DNA of 64,000 nt. Origin: a virus. Positions 27,774 to 38,204 of this stretch are shown here, piece after piece (the stretch's first letter is position 1; each line of letters starts with the position of its first letter). The notes under the pieces are model-generated. The model was given only the letters and a program-made list of their open reading frames with translations. It was not told the DNA's origin and searched no databases. The stretch is taken from positions 84,873 through 148,872 of the IMG/VR virus record IMGVR_UViG_3300027608_000014. One strand, written 5' to 3'. Made by a program: the position numbers and the translations under genes.

Positions 27774-28859
27774 ATGTTAAGCCTAACAAAAGTTCGAAGA
27801 CGATTTCCTGAGGCTCGTCCGGGATATGGTCGCAATGGCTTAGAGTTTACAATTAACTGTCCAGAGTTTCATCGTAAGGGCGGCATTTACAAAATGCAGA
27901 TCAATGCAGAAACTGGTGTTTATCATTGTCATGATTGCGGAAACTCTGGTAGTGCCGTACATAGGTGGTTTGATGGCCCAGAGGACATGATCGAAGCATT
28001 GGCGATCGAACGTGACCAAGACATGGCCACGCACCTCGCCCAGTCGGTACAGGAACGCAGGGGTAACTTTGTGAGGCGTGGCGGAGCCGTCTGGGAAGAC
28101 GACGTTCCGTCACCAGGTCACCTCATTCCATTCAGGGAACTTCCCGACGACCATCCCGCAGTACGTTACTTAGCTAATCGAAAATATAACATTGAAGAAA
28201 TTCGAGAGTTTGATCGAGGTCAGCAACTGTTTTATTGCGACAAGCAGGCACGGCCATTTCGATGTGGAACGACCAAAGGTAGGCTTATCTTCCCCATCTA
28301 CATGAGTGATAATCTTAAGGGGTGGCAGGCCCGAAAAATCGACAGAACGACGATAAGCGAAGGCATTGTCACTCGAACTGTTTGGGATGGTGACTACTGG
28401 CATGAGACAAAGAAGAACAGTGATAACAAGTGGGCTGACCACGACGTTCCAAAGTACTTAACATGTCCCTTGATGGCTAGATCTGACGTTCTTTTCGGCT
28501 ATGATCAGGCCAGAAGGGGGGATGAGCTAGTGGTCATTGTCGAGGGCCCACTAGATCAGATACGAGTTGGATACCCAAGTGTGGGAACGCTTGGAGCGGC
28601 AACTCAACACCAGCTTCAGCTGATTCAGCTATACTGGAAGACAGCAGTAATTTTGAGAGATCCCGAAATCAATCCTGAATCAGACAAATTCCAGAGAATA
28701 CTAGCAAGCCTGCCCACAATGAGAACGTGTCACCTGGCCCTGCCAGAAAATAAGGACCCCGGAGACACTGAGTGTGAAGTGATCTGGGAGGAAATAATTA
28801 AAGAGATGAACAACTGTGACTATGATCTTCCCTCAGAACTAAATCCCGAAGCTAATTAA
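27774..28859 (+). CDS. dnaG: DNA primase (Zn finger + TOPRIM)
   Basis: CPEFH...CHDC, YLANR, RLIFPI, GWQAR, KYL, VEGPLD, KDPGD. Confidence 0.85.
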   Translation: MLSLTKVRRRFPEARPGYGRNGLEFTINCPEFHRKGGIYKMQINAETGVYHCHDCGNSGSAVHRWFDGPEDMIEALAIERDQDMATHLAQSVQERRGNFVRRGGAVWEDDVPSPGHLIPFRELPDDHPAVRYLANRKYNIEEIREFDRGQQLFYCDKQARPFRCGTTKGRLIFPIYMSDNLKGWQARKIDRTTISEGIVTRTVWDGDYWHETKKNSDNKWADHDVPKYLTCPLMARSDVLFGYDQARRGDELVVIVEGPLDQIRVGYPSVGTLGAATQHQLQLIQLYWKTAVILRDPEINPESDKFQRILASLPTMRTCHLALPENKDPGDTECEVIWEEIIKEMNNCDYDLPSELNPEAN

Positions 28860-28872
28860 TCAATAATAGACC

Positions 28873-29118
28873 ATGAAAATAGAAGCAGAAAATCAACATC
28901 TTGACGCCCTTGTCTACGATATCGTTAAAGCTCATCACCTGACCGGTGGAGCAAACAAGGGGCAGATTATAGTCGGCGTCGAAAGCGCCATCGGCAAAGT
29001 GCCCAGCAAGAACATTGACTATACAATCAACTGGTGGATCAAAGAGAATGGCGTTAAGGTTGATTCTAACAGGATGTATCATCACATTGATTTTGATACC
29101 GAAGTGCCACTGCCGTGA
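28873..29118 (+). CDS. hypothetical protein
   Basis: Short ORF, GTGA overlap with the next gene. Confidence 0.5.
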   Translation: MKIEAENQHLDALVYDIVKAHHLTGGANKGQIIVGVESAIGKVPSKNIDYTINWWIKENGVKVDSNRMYHHIDFDTEVPLP

Positions 29119-29978
29119 CCTGTCCCAGTTCGGCCCCACTCCACGTAATTCATGCACACTCCGTGAATTCAGTACTAGATGGAGCGGGGACGGTCGATGA
29201 GTATATTACCCACGTAAAAGACCACGGCCTTAACTTCCTGTCCCTTACCGAGCACGGCTATAATATTGGCTGGTATGAACTGGTCACTAAATGCGAGAAG
29301 GCAAACATCAAGCCATGCTGTGCCTGTGAGATCTATCTCATGCCAAGAGAGGATACTGTCTTTATACGCAAACCATTTAAGTTTTATCATCTGACCCTCC
29401 TGGCTCAGAATGAAATTGGATTTGCCAATCTAAGGAGAATCAGTAACCTGTCATGGGGACCTGGAAGAGTAACCACAGCCTATGGGCATAGTAAGCCCCG
29501 AGCAACCTTTGAAGATCTTGAGATCTATAATGAAGGAATTATCTGCGGCGCTGGCTGTATCGAGGGGCCGGTAGCCAAACATGTGATTCGTAATGAGCCT
29601 GATGAGGCCAAGAAAAATATGGCCCTACTCAAAGCTATCTTCAAAGATAGACTGTTCATCGAGGTGATGCCGAATATAGTTAATCAGGACTTTGAGGAGG
29701 AAGTTATCGAGGTTGAAAACATTTGCGGGAAAAAGTATATCCTAGGAGTAAGTGACACTGTGATGACCTCAAAGGGAAGAATCACAATCGTAGAGGCAAT
29801 GAAGCAGAATATCACTGAGATCTCTGACCCCCTTCCACTGAGATCTAATTCTGAGGAGTTCTTGGACGAGCAGGAAAGGGAGATTAGACACGCTCCAGAG
29901 ATGGGTTGTATTAGACCACCTGAGGTCGCGATGTCTGATTATCAGACCGTATGCCCTGAAAATGAACACGAAGACTAA
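29115..29978 (+). CDS. dnaE: DNA polymerase III alpha, N-terminal PHP fragment
   Basis: HAHSVNSVLDG, TEHG, CEIY, HLTLLAQNEIGFANL, FIEVM. Confidence 0.88.
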   Translation: MTCPSSAPLHVIHAHSVNSVLDGAGTVDEYITHVKDHGLNFLSLTEHGYNIGWYELVTKCEKANIKPCCACEIYLMPREDTVFIRKPFKFYHLTLLAQNEIGFANLRRISNLSWGPGRVTTAYGHSKPRATFEDLEIYNEGIICGAGCIEGPVAKHVIRNEPDEAKKNMALLKAIFKDRLFIEVMPNIVNQDFEEEVIEVENICGKKYILGVSDTVMTSKGRITIVEAMKQNITEISDPLPLRSNSEEFLDEQEREIRHAPEMGCIRPPEVAMSDYQTVCPENEHED

Positions 29979-29983
29979 GCGAG

Positions 29984-30289
29984 ATGAAACTACCAATAGC
30001 ACCACTAAGTAAAGAAGAAGTAAGAGAGGAAGTGCAGCAGAATGGAAGGATTATCTATGCGGTAAAGATGACCTTAGAGGACTTAATAGATGCCTGTCAC
30101 AATGATGATTACCGTTATGGAATTGACGCCTTGGAGTCGTTGATCTGTGGTAAGATGGTTCCCTATGGAAATTGGCTGAAGGACATAAAGATTTCACTGA
30201 TTGAGGTGAATTACAAACAACAGCTGATTCTTCAGGTGGATGCTTATGCAGGGGATGTGATAGAGGAGCTTAAGGGCGAGGCGGATTGA
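29984..30289 (+). CDS. hypothetical protein inserted between the dnaE halves
   Basis: 101-aa acidic ORF; no HNH/GIY-YIG/LAGLIDADG motif. Confidence 0.6.
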   Translation: MKLPIAPLSKEEVREEVQQNGRIIYAVKMTLEDLIDACHNDDYRYGIDALESLICGKMVPYGNWLKDIKISLIEVNYKQQLILQVDAYAGDVIEELKGEAD

Positions 30290-30316
30290 GTTCTGCGTTG
30301 CGTCGAACAATACAGA

Positions 30317-33103
30317 ATGAGAGTTAAGAGCTACACCGTTAAGAAGCAGGCCTTTCTAGGAAAGGAGTGCACTCCTCGTCACATGGATGGTGACATTCAG
30401 AAGGAGGGAAATATTGCCATGATGGCATTTGCTGAAAAGCTTAAGATCCCGTTGCTGCTCACGCTAGACAGTCACTTCGTAAGGCCAGAGCATAAGTTCA
30501 GGCAAGACATCGCACTGATGTCTCAGCAGTTTCCATGGAAATTTAGTGGTAGCTACCACATTCAAACTCCAGATGAGGCATGGGCTAATTGGGTTCAGAG
30601 TCACGGCTGCGGTATCAAGTCTGAGTCCCAGTTCTGCGAGGCCCTGGAGAATAACCAGGCGGTCGTTGACATGATCGAGCCGGTGACATTCAAGAGGGAG
30701 TTTCATATCAGAGAGCCAGATCTGCCGATCAGTATTAGTTCGCGTGATATGCCACGGAATGAAAAACTGAGAATGTTTATCATGACACTAATCCTTAAGT
30801 GTGGACGGATTCCCAGCGATGAACGGCGCCCAGCCTATATCACTCGACTTAATGACGAGCTTGAGGTCATTGCCAACAATCCCACGGTCAACTTCCTTCC
30901 GTACTTCGTCATCCTGTATGACATCTGTGAGTTCGCTCGAGAGAACGAAATTATGATGGGACCCGGTCGAGGCAGTGCTGCAGGATCTCTTCTTGCGTAT
31001 CTACTCAAGATCACACACTTAGATCCTATTGAGTTCGGGCTGTCCTTTGCTCGATTCCTGTCACTTGGACGTATCAATCGTGGGAAGTTTCCAGATATCG
31101 ATCTGGACTTTGGCGATCCAAAGAAGATCACTGATTGGCTATCACAAAAGTATCAAGGCGCCTTTGCGCGAATCAGCACCACAGGAACCATGAAGCTGAA
31201 AGGTGCCATAAGGGACGTAAGCCGAGCCCTCTTGGATACCAAGACCAACAAGTGCAACTCCGACAGAGTTGATATGGTGTGCGAAACTCTTCCTAAGGCT
31301 CAGCCCCCTAAGCTGGACTCTAAGAAGTTTCTCTACGGATACCAAGACGAACAAGGCGGTCACCTTGGTCAGTATGACATCAGCCATGAACTCAAAAGGT
31401 TCCTCGATGACTATCCAGCCGTCAAGGAGGGGCTAGATAGTGTGCTTGATATTCCTAGGTCTATGGGTAAGCATGCCAGCGCATACTGCCTATCAGACAT
31501 TGACATTGCAGATGCCATTCCAATGTGCAATCTCAAGGATGAGGTATGCACACAGTTCACGATGAAGCCCATGGAAAGCCTAGGCTTCCTCAAGATCGAC
31601 TTGCTGGGTGTAAATACTTTGAATGATATTCAGGGGGCATTGTCCTTAATCAAGAAAAGAACGGGACTAAATATCGACCCATACAACTTCGATCACATTC
31701 CAATTGATGATCCAGAGGTCTTTCAGGATTTTAGCGAGGGACGCACAGAGACCACTTTTCAGTTTAATACCTCGATCTCAACTAGTCTCTGCAGAAAGAT
31801 TAAGCCCAAGGTCCTGCTCGACTTGTCTGCGATCACCGCTAATGGCCGTCCTGGAACAATGGAGGCATTGATGGAAGACGGACAGACGACGCTGATCAAT
31901 GCCTGGGTTGACCGGCGAAATGGCAACAAGAGGGTAGAGTACTTGCACCCCGATCTGGTGGATATCCTTGAGGAGACTCAGGGCATCTTTACCTATCAGG
32001 AGCAAATGATGAGCGCCTTTCAGAAGTGCTGTGGCTTCTCAGAAGAACGATCTGACGTCGTTAGAGAGGTCATCGGTAAGAAAGACAAGGAGACAATGGA
32101 CACTTTGATCCCTGAGATCAGGGAGATCCTTTGTAATCGTGGATGGGAGCCAGAGAGGTCAGCGGCATTTATCAGCGCCTGTCAGGCGGCTGCCGGATAC
32201 TCTTTCAACAAGAGTCATAGCGCTTCCTACGCATACCTTGGCTATATCTGTGGATGGCTCAAGCATCATTATCCACTAGAGTGGTGGACATCCGTTCTGA
32301 GTAATTCTAGTCCTGATGATCTCAGAGACAGCGCTCACCTCTGCAAGGACTTCGTTGTTCCTCCTGATATCAATGACTCGGAGATGGAATTCTACATTAT
32401 TGATTCCCGAAGAGAGAAGATCGTTTACCCGCTGGGAATGATTCGATCGGTAAAGGCTGCTGGACTGGAGATCGTCGCCAAGAGACCTTACACATCTCTC
32501 GCCGACTTTTACGCCAGAGTCAATCATAGGGTCGTCAATCGTGGGGTTGTTGGTTGGCTGATTTGGGCCGGGGCCTTTGACAAATTATACCGACTTAGAG
32601 ACGTCTCAGGACGTAATCAGATTTATCGGGACTACCTCAAGCTTCGCCCTGAGATCAAAGAGAAGGACTATCCGGAGGACCTGACTCCGCTGCAGATTCT
32701 AATCAGGCAGAACGAGGCTCTGCCTCTTAACTCGGCTCCGTTTAGTGACTTGATCAGGTCTGAGACCGGAAGGGAGATTGATACCCTAGAGAGGGCAATG
32801 TCAAAGCTTCCCGGTCAAACAGTCCATATCGCTGGAGCTCTAACTGACTTTCATGCCTTTGTTCCCAAAAAGAACAAGAAGAATGAAATGATGTGCTTCC
32901 TTTACTTTGCTGATAAGTCGTCTACCGTCAAGGTGACAATGTTCAACAAGGCCTATGAGAAATACAAACAGCATCTGACAAAAGGAAACGTATTGGAAGT
33001 TATAGGAAAAGTTAATCGCTACAATGATGAAACAGGCCTTGTAGCCGATAAGCTAGTTGCATACGGAGTCACATTCCCTGATGAAAGCGAGGTGGTCATT
33101 TAA
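30317..33103 (+). CDS. dnaE: DNA polymerase III alpha, C-terminal part (end of PHP, polymerase, OB fold)
   Basis: LDSHF, GPGRGSAAGSL, PDIDLDF, KIDLLG, YQEQ, YSFNKSH. Confidence 0.93.
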   Translation: MRVKSYTVKKQAFLGKECTPRHMDGDIQKEGNIAMMAFAEKLKIPLLLTLDSHFVRPEHKFRQDIALMSQQFPWKFSGSYHIQTPDEAWANWVQSHGCGIKSESQFCEALENNQAVVDMIEPVTFKREFHIREPDLPISISSRDMPRNEKLRMFIMTLILKCGRIPSDERRPAYITRLNDELEVIANNPTVNFLPYFVILYDICEFARENEIMMGPGRGSAAGSLLAYLLKITHLDPIEFGLSFARFLSLGRINRGKFPDIDLDFGDPKKITDWLSQKYQGAFARISTTGTMKLKGAIRDVSRALLDTKTNKCNSDRVDMVCETLPKAQPPKLDSKKFLYGYQDEQGGHLGQYDISHELKRFLDDYPAVKEGLDSVLDIPRSMGKHASAYCLSDIDIADAIPMCNLKDEVCTQFTMKPMESLGFLKIDLLGVNTLNDIQGALSLIKKRTGLNIDPYNFDHIPIDDPEVFQDFSEGRTETTFQFNTSISTSLCRKIKPKVLLDLSAITANGRPGTMEALMEDGQTTLINAWVDRRNGNKRVEYLHPDLVDILEETQGIFTYQEQMMSAFQKCCGFSEERSDVVREVIGKKDKETMDTLIPEIREILCNRGWEPERSAAFISACQAAAGYSFNKSHSASYAYLGYICGWLKHHYPLEWWTSVLSNSSPDDLRDSAHLCKDFVVPPDINDSEMEFYIIDSRREKIVYPLGMIRSVKAAGLEIVAKRPYTSLADFYARVNHRVVNRGVVGWLIWAGAFDKLYRLRDVSGRNQIYRDYLKLRPEIKEKDYPEDLTPLQILIRQNEALPLNSAPFSDLIRSETGREIDTLERAMSKLPGQTVHIAGALTDFHAFVPKKNKKNEMMCFLYFADKSSTVKVTMFNKAYEKYKQHLTKGNVLEVIGKVNRYNDETGLVADKLVAYGVTFPDESEVVI

Positions 33104-33175
33104 TGACTTAACAGAACTTTCTTCCGACACAAATGCAGTGAGTAACTTAACTAAATATAGAATAAACAATACCAA

Positions 33176-34489
33176 ATGTCACTAGACGTCAACGAAGAAG
33201 ACAACAACAATTATGAAGGAAGCTTTCACTACGGAGTTTTCAAAGACAATGTCAGAGTCCGACAGACTCTTAAAGACGGAGTAACCAGGCTGTGCGTCAT
33301 GCCAGCATTCGGCGATCCCGGAGATCCAATGAGCTGGATTCCGTACCGCAATGCAGATAGCAATCAGGACAGCAACGGCAATCATCTCTTCACTGCGTGG
33401 ATTCGCCGATATTACGCCTACCAGTTTGTGGGCGCCAAGGGAAACCAGGGTCATTTCCTGGCTCCTAAAACCTTCGACTCCAATGCGATTGATCCAATCG
33501 CTCGAATGCTCGAGGTCGCCAAGAGAGATCGTCGGTACTACGAGATTCTAGGCCTTGGTGAGGACGGAAAGAAAAGTCCTGATCCTGATGCGTTCATGAG
33601 TGTGCTCTTGCAGGGCGCTGATGAACTGTATGCGGTAAATGCAGTGTGCCTTAATCCGGCCCGAGAAGAAGACGAGGGAGTCTCCTGCATCTACACCCTC
33701 CGTAAGACAATGGTGAATGGTAAATTCGACGTAAAGGAGACCGGCCTGCTTCATCAGCTTAACCTCAAGAACCGTGGAGTAGACGGCACTGTCGATCCTT
33801 CGGACTTTGCCAATTACTACTACTGGGGCGACATCACGGACATCGCAAAGCTGATTCCAATCAATGTCCTAAAGGTTCAGGTCAAGGGTGTATCTGGAAA
33901 GAAAAGCTTTCCGTACTTCAATGCAACCCCTGACGATAAGGCTCAGCCCATCACGGGCACTCGCAAGATGCTTGAGAGCAGATACTTCTTGGATGACTCC
34001 TTTAATTCAGATGTTGATCCGGCTGATACTATTGAGCGACTAGTGGATATCTTTCGGGATTTTCCTGATCTTATTAAGAAGTCCTTCGAGAATCAGTTCC
34101 CTGGAATTGATAACCTGCTTCGTCAGACTGGAATTATCTCTAGCTCCAAGGTTCACACTCCAAGTAGCAGGTATGAAAGCGAAGAGGTGGACGATCTAAG
34201 TCCAGCCAATTCAACATACCGTCCAGGTGAGTCTGCCTCTAAAAAGGTAGTCACTCCCAGTAAAGTTGATGATCTCCCAGCCCCCACTGGTCGATCCTTC
34301 AGCCCAAAGCTGACTGAGAAGGTTTACGCCCCTACGGCTACCGAGAGCCTTCCCGCTCCAATGATCAAGGAATCCAAGGCCCCTAAAGCCCCAGTCAAAA
34401 CTCAGGCCGGAAACTCGGCCGCTCTAAATGAAGAAGCTATGAAGGTACTCAAGGAACTTGACGACCTTGACCTCGACAGAGTGTCCTAA
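33176..34489 (+). CDS. hypothetical protein, possible ssDNA-binding protein
   Basis: Between dnaE and recA; aromatic-rich core, low-complexity linker, acidic C-tail. Confidence 0.5.
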   Translation: MSLDVNEEDNNNYEGSFHYGVFKDNVRVRQTLKDGVTRLCVMPAFGDPGDPMSWIPYRNADSNQDSNGNHLFTAWIRRYYAYQFVGAKGNQGHFLAPKTFDSNAIDPIARMLEVAKRDRRYYEILGLGEDGKKSPDPDAFMSVLLQGADELYAVNAVCLNPAREEDEGVSCIYTLRKTMVNGKFDVKETGLLHQLNLKNRGVDGTVDPSDFANYYYWGDITDIAKLIPINVLKVQVKGVSGKKSFPYFNATPDDKAQPITGTRKMLESRYFLDDSFNSDVDPADTIERLVDIFRDFPDLIKKSFENQFPGIDNLLRQTGIISSSKVHTPSSRYESEEVDDLSPANSTYRPGESASKKVVTPSKVDDLPAPTGRSFSPKLTEKVYAPTATESLPAPMIKESKAPKAPVKTQAGNSAALNEEAMKVLKELDDLDLDRVS

Positions 34490-34501
34490 GATAAAAGAAT
34501 G

Positions 34502-34534
34502 CGGGGTTGTTCCACATGGAACAACCCCGATTTT
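34502..34534 (+). terminator. rho-independent terminator
   Basis: CGGGGTTGTTCC-ACAT-GGAACAACCCCG then ATTTT. Confidence 0.7.
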
Positions 34535-34542
34535 CTCTAAAT

Positions 34543-35754
34543 ATGGCAAGACCTAAAAAGAAAGTTGAATTGGTTTCAGGGGATATATCCATTGGAGATC
34601 TCAGCGGGCTGAGTGCAATGGAAAGATTCAGACTGATTAATGCAGATCGAATGGCAAAACAATTCCCAAAAAAACTACACGTCGCAGATCGAAAGTTTCT
34701 GATAATTCCAGACCTTGGTAATCAGTACGCACTGGGACGAATTGGATACTGCATGGGTAGGATCAATTATATCCTCGCCGCAGAAGGCGCTAGCAAGACC
34801 TCGCGTCTGCTACACCTCTGTCGCTTGGCAATGGACCAGGGAGGCCTGGCATCAATCGTTGAGGCAGAGGGAGAGATCGACGAAGATATCGTCAGTTACT
34901 ACCTTGGCCCCCACACTGAAGAGTTCCTAAAGAACATTTATCATCCAGATACCTTGGAAGAGGGAATGGAGATGAGCCGCACAATCCTCAAGAGCTACAA
35001 AGAGGTCGACCCAGACAATGAGCTAGTCAAGGTTCTTGGCTACGACAGCGTTGGTGGATCAGTCATGAAGCGTGCCCTGGAAGATGACAGGGAGATTGGT
35101 GATAACCGAGTTGGTGGTAGTGGCCTATACATGAGTGAGGCCGTGGGAACCATCAAGCATTTCTGTAAATCTACTGGAACACTGTGGGTAGTCCTAGGTC
35201 AGCTTCGAGAGAAAATCGAGACTGGCTTCAGTGGTCCTCCCAAGGCCTACCTGGAAAAGGTTACAGGTAAGGGCGGAAGCGCCCTGAACTTCGAGAGTGC
35301 TTATTGGGAAATCCTGCAACGCCAAGGTACACTAAAAGACAGTGATGGAGCCAAGGATGGCTTCAGAACCAAGTCTACCTTTAAGAAGAACAAGCGTGGT
35401 ATCCAATGGAGGGAGTATTTCTATGACATTGAATTCTATCAAAATCTGAGTGGTATCACTCCGACAATGAACATGCTCTCCTTAGGCTCTATCTGCGGAC
35501 TCAGGTCTAAGAATTACGGCAGTCAAGGTAAGCGGTTTTGGTGCGATGATCTAAACATGACAGAAGCCGACCGGCTTCCGATCAAGGACATGTACCAGAT
35601 GATCCATTCGCCGTGCAACATTGGTCTCTTCCAAGAGGCCCTTGGAATCCGGAAGGACATGGAGAAGATGGGAACAGACCCAGAAGATGATGTTCCTAAT
35701 CCGGTAGACGACGTACAGTCGCCTTGCACTGCCAATCCAGATGTCGCTGAGTAA
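34543..35754 (+). CDS. recA: RecA/UvsX-like recombinase
   Basis: GRI..I.AAEGASKT, EAE, YDSVG, QLREKI, GGSALNF, KKNK. Confidence 0.8.
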   Translation: MARPKKKVELVSGDISIGDLSGLSAMERFRLINADRMAKQFPKKLHVADRKFLIIPDLGNQYALGRIGYCMGRINYILAAEGASKTSRLLHLCRLAMDQGGLASIVEAEGEIDEDIVSYYLGPHTEEFLKNIYHPDTLEEGMEMSRTILKSYKEVDPDNELVKVLGYDSVGGSVMKRALEDDREIGDNRVGGSGLYMSEAVGTIKHFCKSTGTLWVVLGQLREKIETGFSGPPKAYLEKVTGKGGSALNFESAYWEILQRQGTLKDSDGAKDGFRTKSTFKKNKRGIQWREYFYDIEFYQNLSGITPTMNMLSLGSICGLRSKNYGSQGKRFWCDDLNMTEADRLPIKDMYQMIHSPCNIGLFQEALGIRKDMEKMGTDPEDDVPNPVDDVQSPCTANPDVAE

Positions 35755-36247
35755 CGACCTAAACAACACCAACTTACAGAAACGAGTCGCTGGAGCCCAA
35801 GAAAGGCTCCAGCGCCAATCTGTCACTAATAAGCTAAGAAAAGCATTTCGAGACCGAGATGGAGTGTGGCCAACAGTAGAAGATCAGTCTAGTGAAGAGC
35901 CAGATCCATTGATCAAACTCTGCTTCCAGGATCCTAAGTCACGGATTGGATTTGTCTTTGAGGCTATTAAGGCTCCGACCTTTAGTTCGCTCCTTAAGCG
36001 AGTCGGTTTTCGAAAGAAGATTGTCGAATTTGAGAGTGGGCTCGAGAGGGCCTGTGAGATCTATGGAGCAACAAGGTCGCTCGTTGGCTTGATTTTTGAG
36101 ATCTCAGGAATTTACTATATTTACTCTGGTAATCCAGTTTTTGAAGAGAGTGACGTAGACTTCATGAGAATGACGCTGCCATCCGGCGAGCGTCGTTACA
36201 TTTGTTCCTTGGATGGAGCAATTGATAGAATCTTTAACCTAATCTAA
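35741..36247 (+). CDS. hypothetical protein
   Basis: Coupled ORF. Confidence 0.55.
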   Translation: MSLSNDLNNTNLQKRVAGAQERLQRQSVTNKLRKAFRDRDGVWPTVEDQSSEEPDPLIKLCFQDPKSRIGFVFEAIKAPTFSSLLKRVGFRKKIVEFESGLERACEIYGATRSLVGLIFEISGIYYIYSGNPVFEESDVDFMRMTLPSGERRYICSLDGAIDRIFNLI

Positions 36248-36255
36248 TTACACAC

Positions 36256-36594
36256 ATGCAAATAACTACTATCATTGATGAAGAGCAGATGGTCAAAGAT
36301 ATCTTTGACTCCCTGCAAGAAGGCTGCGGAATCGGTTACTACGATCTGATTGCAGAGAGCCCAGGCGAGTTCGAATACACGTTCCGAGACCCTGAGACCA
36401 AGGAGGAACATGAGGTTGATCTCGAAATGGCCAAAGAGGGCTTCCGAGAGTTTGGTGCCGCTGTCAGTCGTGGAGAGCTCAGTGACTCACTTGATTTCTT
36501 CACAGATGACCTGACCCAGGTAGAGTTCTTTGACGAAATGGCTATCGATTATTTGATTCAGTTTATTATCAACGGTGAGGTAACACACCCATGA
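36256..36594 (+). CDS. hypothetical acidic protein
   Basis: EGCGIGYY...DYLIQFIINGEV pattern. Confidence 0.6.
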   Translation: MQITTIIDEEQMVKDIFDSLQEGCGIGYYDLIAESPGEFEYTFRDPETKEEHEVDLEMAKEGFREFGAAVSRGELSDSLDFFTDDLTQVEFFDEMAIDYLIQFIINGEVTHP

Positions 36595-36785
36595 CCAAGG
36601 TCGACACTAGAATTCTAATGAACTTTGTCAGAGACGTCGCTGGTGACTCTAAGCACGGAGAGCCAGAGGTAGAAGATCAGGGCTATATTCAGAACTGGGA
36701 AGCAGACGGGGGCTTAAAAGCCATCGATCAACTTCACAAGTATATCGATGAGGCTCGAGAGCTTTTACTTGAACTGGAACAGTGA
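36591..36785 (+). CDS. hypothetical protein
   Basis: ATGA/GTGA overlaps on both sides. Confidence 0.5.
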   Translation: MTKVDTRILMNFVRDVAGDSKHGEPEVEDQGYIQNWEADGGLKAIDQLHKYIDEARELLLELEQ

Positions 36786-37492
36786 CTTCATTCGAAACAA
36801 TCAGAGCTCGGATCAGCAGTATGTGCTCCCCAAGCCGACAGGTGCTACTGGAACCAATTCTGGCCAAGCTAGAGCAGCACCAAGACTGCCCTGCCTCGAC
36901 TTCCCTTAAAAAGCATGGAGGGTACGTAGGAGGTCTGTGTGATCACATCAACTTTGTTTCAGACCTAGCTCATGAAATTAGCGCTGATGTGTTTGCAAAG
37001 GCAGTGCATGTTATAGCCAAAGATGACTCAACAGCTCTTGATGGATTGCTTGGGTCATCCCAGGCTGTTGCCACCATTGCACTGATACACGATCTGAATA
37101 AGATCTGCGATCTTGACGGGAATCTGTACTACGTTCCTAACATCCTTGTTGACGGAAAGCGAAGTGAGAAAAAGCCTTGGGTGATCAATAAGAACTATCG
37201 AGCCATACAAGCCTCTATAGACGCTCACCTGAATCACCTTACGCATCCTACGTTTAGCGTATTCTTGCAGCATCCATCTATTCAGTACCCCTCGGGTCTC
37301 ACCAGCCTAACACTAGCTGAGTCTTGGTCACCCGGCCTCATAGCTAGTCTAACGAGCGATGAGATTCAGGCGATCATTTGGCACGGTGGTCTTTACGAGC
37401 GTGGATCTAAAGAGGGATTTTCTAATAGTGAATCTCTGCTTCAGATCATCATTCACGCTGCGGACATGATCGCCTCAAGGATCGGAGTGTAA
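36782..37492 (+). CDS. HD-domain phosphohydrolase (YhaM-like)
   Basis: PAS...HGGYVGGLCDH, LIHDLNK, IWHGG, HAADMIAS. Confidence 0.82.
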   Translation: MTSFETIRARISSMCSPSRQVLLEPILAKLEQHQDCPASTSLKKHGGYVGGLCDHINFVSDLAHEISADVFAKAVHVIAKDDSTALDGLLGSSQAVATIALIHDLNKICDLDGNLYYVPNILVDGKRSEKKPWVINKNYRAIQASIDAHLNHLTHPTFSVFLQHPSIQYPSGLTSLTLAESWSPGLIASLTSDEIQAIIWHGGLYERGSKEGFSNSESLLQIIIHAADMIASRIGV

Positions 37493-37533
37493 ATAGTCTT
37501 GCGGGATTAGGGGTTATCGTCTCTAATCCCGAC

Positions 37534-37818
37534 ATGACTAAACAAGAAGACGCAGTAAATGCCCTCGAGGACTATCTGAAGAGTGTACTGAAAGGGCCCT
37601 TCAGTGTAGATCACAGGACAGACCCATCAGAGGCCACAGTAATTAAGAGGGACGGTTGTGTAGACCTGGTACTGACTAAGCAAGGTGAGAAGTTTCATGG
37701 AACCACCTACGCCTTCATGGCACATGATGTTCTGAAACAGATTCAAGAAATCATCAAGGAGAGCCCAGTGGAAGTCGCTCAGCCTCTTGGTACACACATG
37801 AGGCCAGACGGAAGGTAA
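37534..37818 (+). CDS. hypothetical protein
   Basis: ORF in operon. Confidence 0.5.
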   Translation: MTKQEDAVNALEDYLKSVLKGPFSVDHRTDPSEATVIKRDGCVDLVLTKQGEKFHGTTYAFMAHDVLKQIQEIIKESPVEVAQPLGTHMRPDGR

Positions 37819-38135
37819 TGAATGCGCCAGTAGACGATGAGCACAAGATAGAGATCGGAGACTACGTGGAAGTAGTCAACACCAATGATGAGTTTGAAGG
37901 TCTCATTGGGGTTGTAGAAGATTTTTATGACAGTGAGGGTAAAAGCTGTCAGTCTGATCGTAAGGGGGCGCTTTGTGCAATCCGGATCCCACTTCAAAGA
38001 CAGGATCAGGTAATGATGCGCCTAGTCGGCGTAAATTTCATAACTCCTTATGTGCGACATGAGCTGAAAGCTAATGAGGAGCTCTGTCTGTTCACAAAGG
38101 ACAAACTAGAGTGGTTCGACCCCAACGAACTGTAG
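37818..38135 (+). CDS. KOW/SH3-like hypothetical protein
   Basis: IEIGDYVEVV...FEGLIGVV. Confidence 0.55.
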   Translation: MNAPVDDEHKIEIGDYVEVVNTNDEFEGLIGVVEDFYDSEGKSCQSDRKGALCAIRIPLQRQDQVMMRLVGVNFITPYVRHELKANEELCLFTKDKLEWFDPNEL

Positions 38136-38204
38136 TATGTAACTTGACAAATGGGAGCGTCAGCCCAATCTGACGGCAACAAGAGAACAACAAAAAAAAA
38201 GATA

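Noticed and set aside
29979-30316. Group I intron or canonical split intein in dnaE
   Set aside because: No conserved P7/R-S elements or room for a ribozyme core; no HN-C/S/T splice junction
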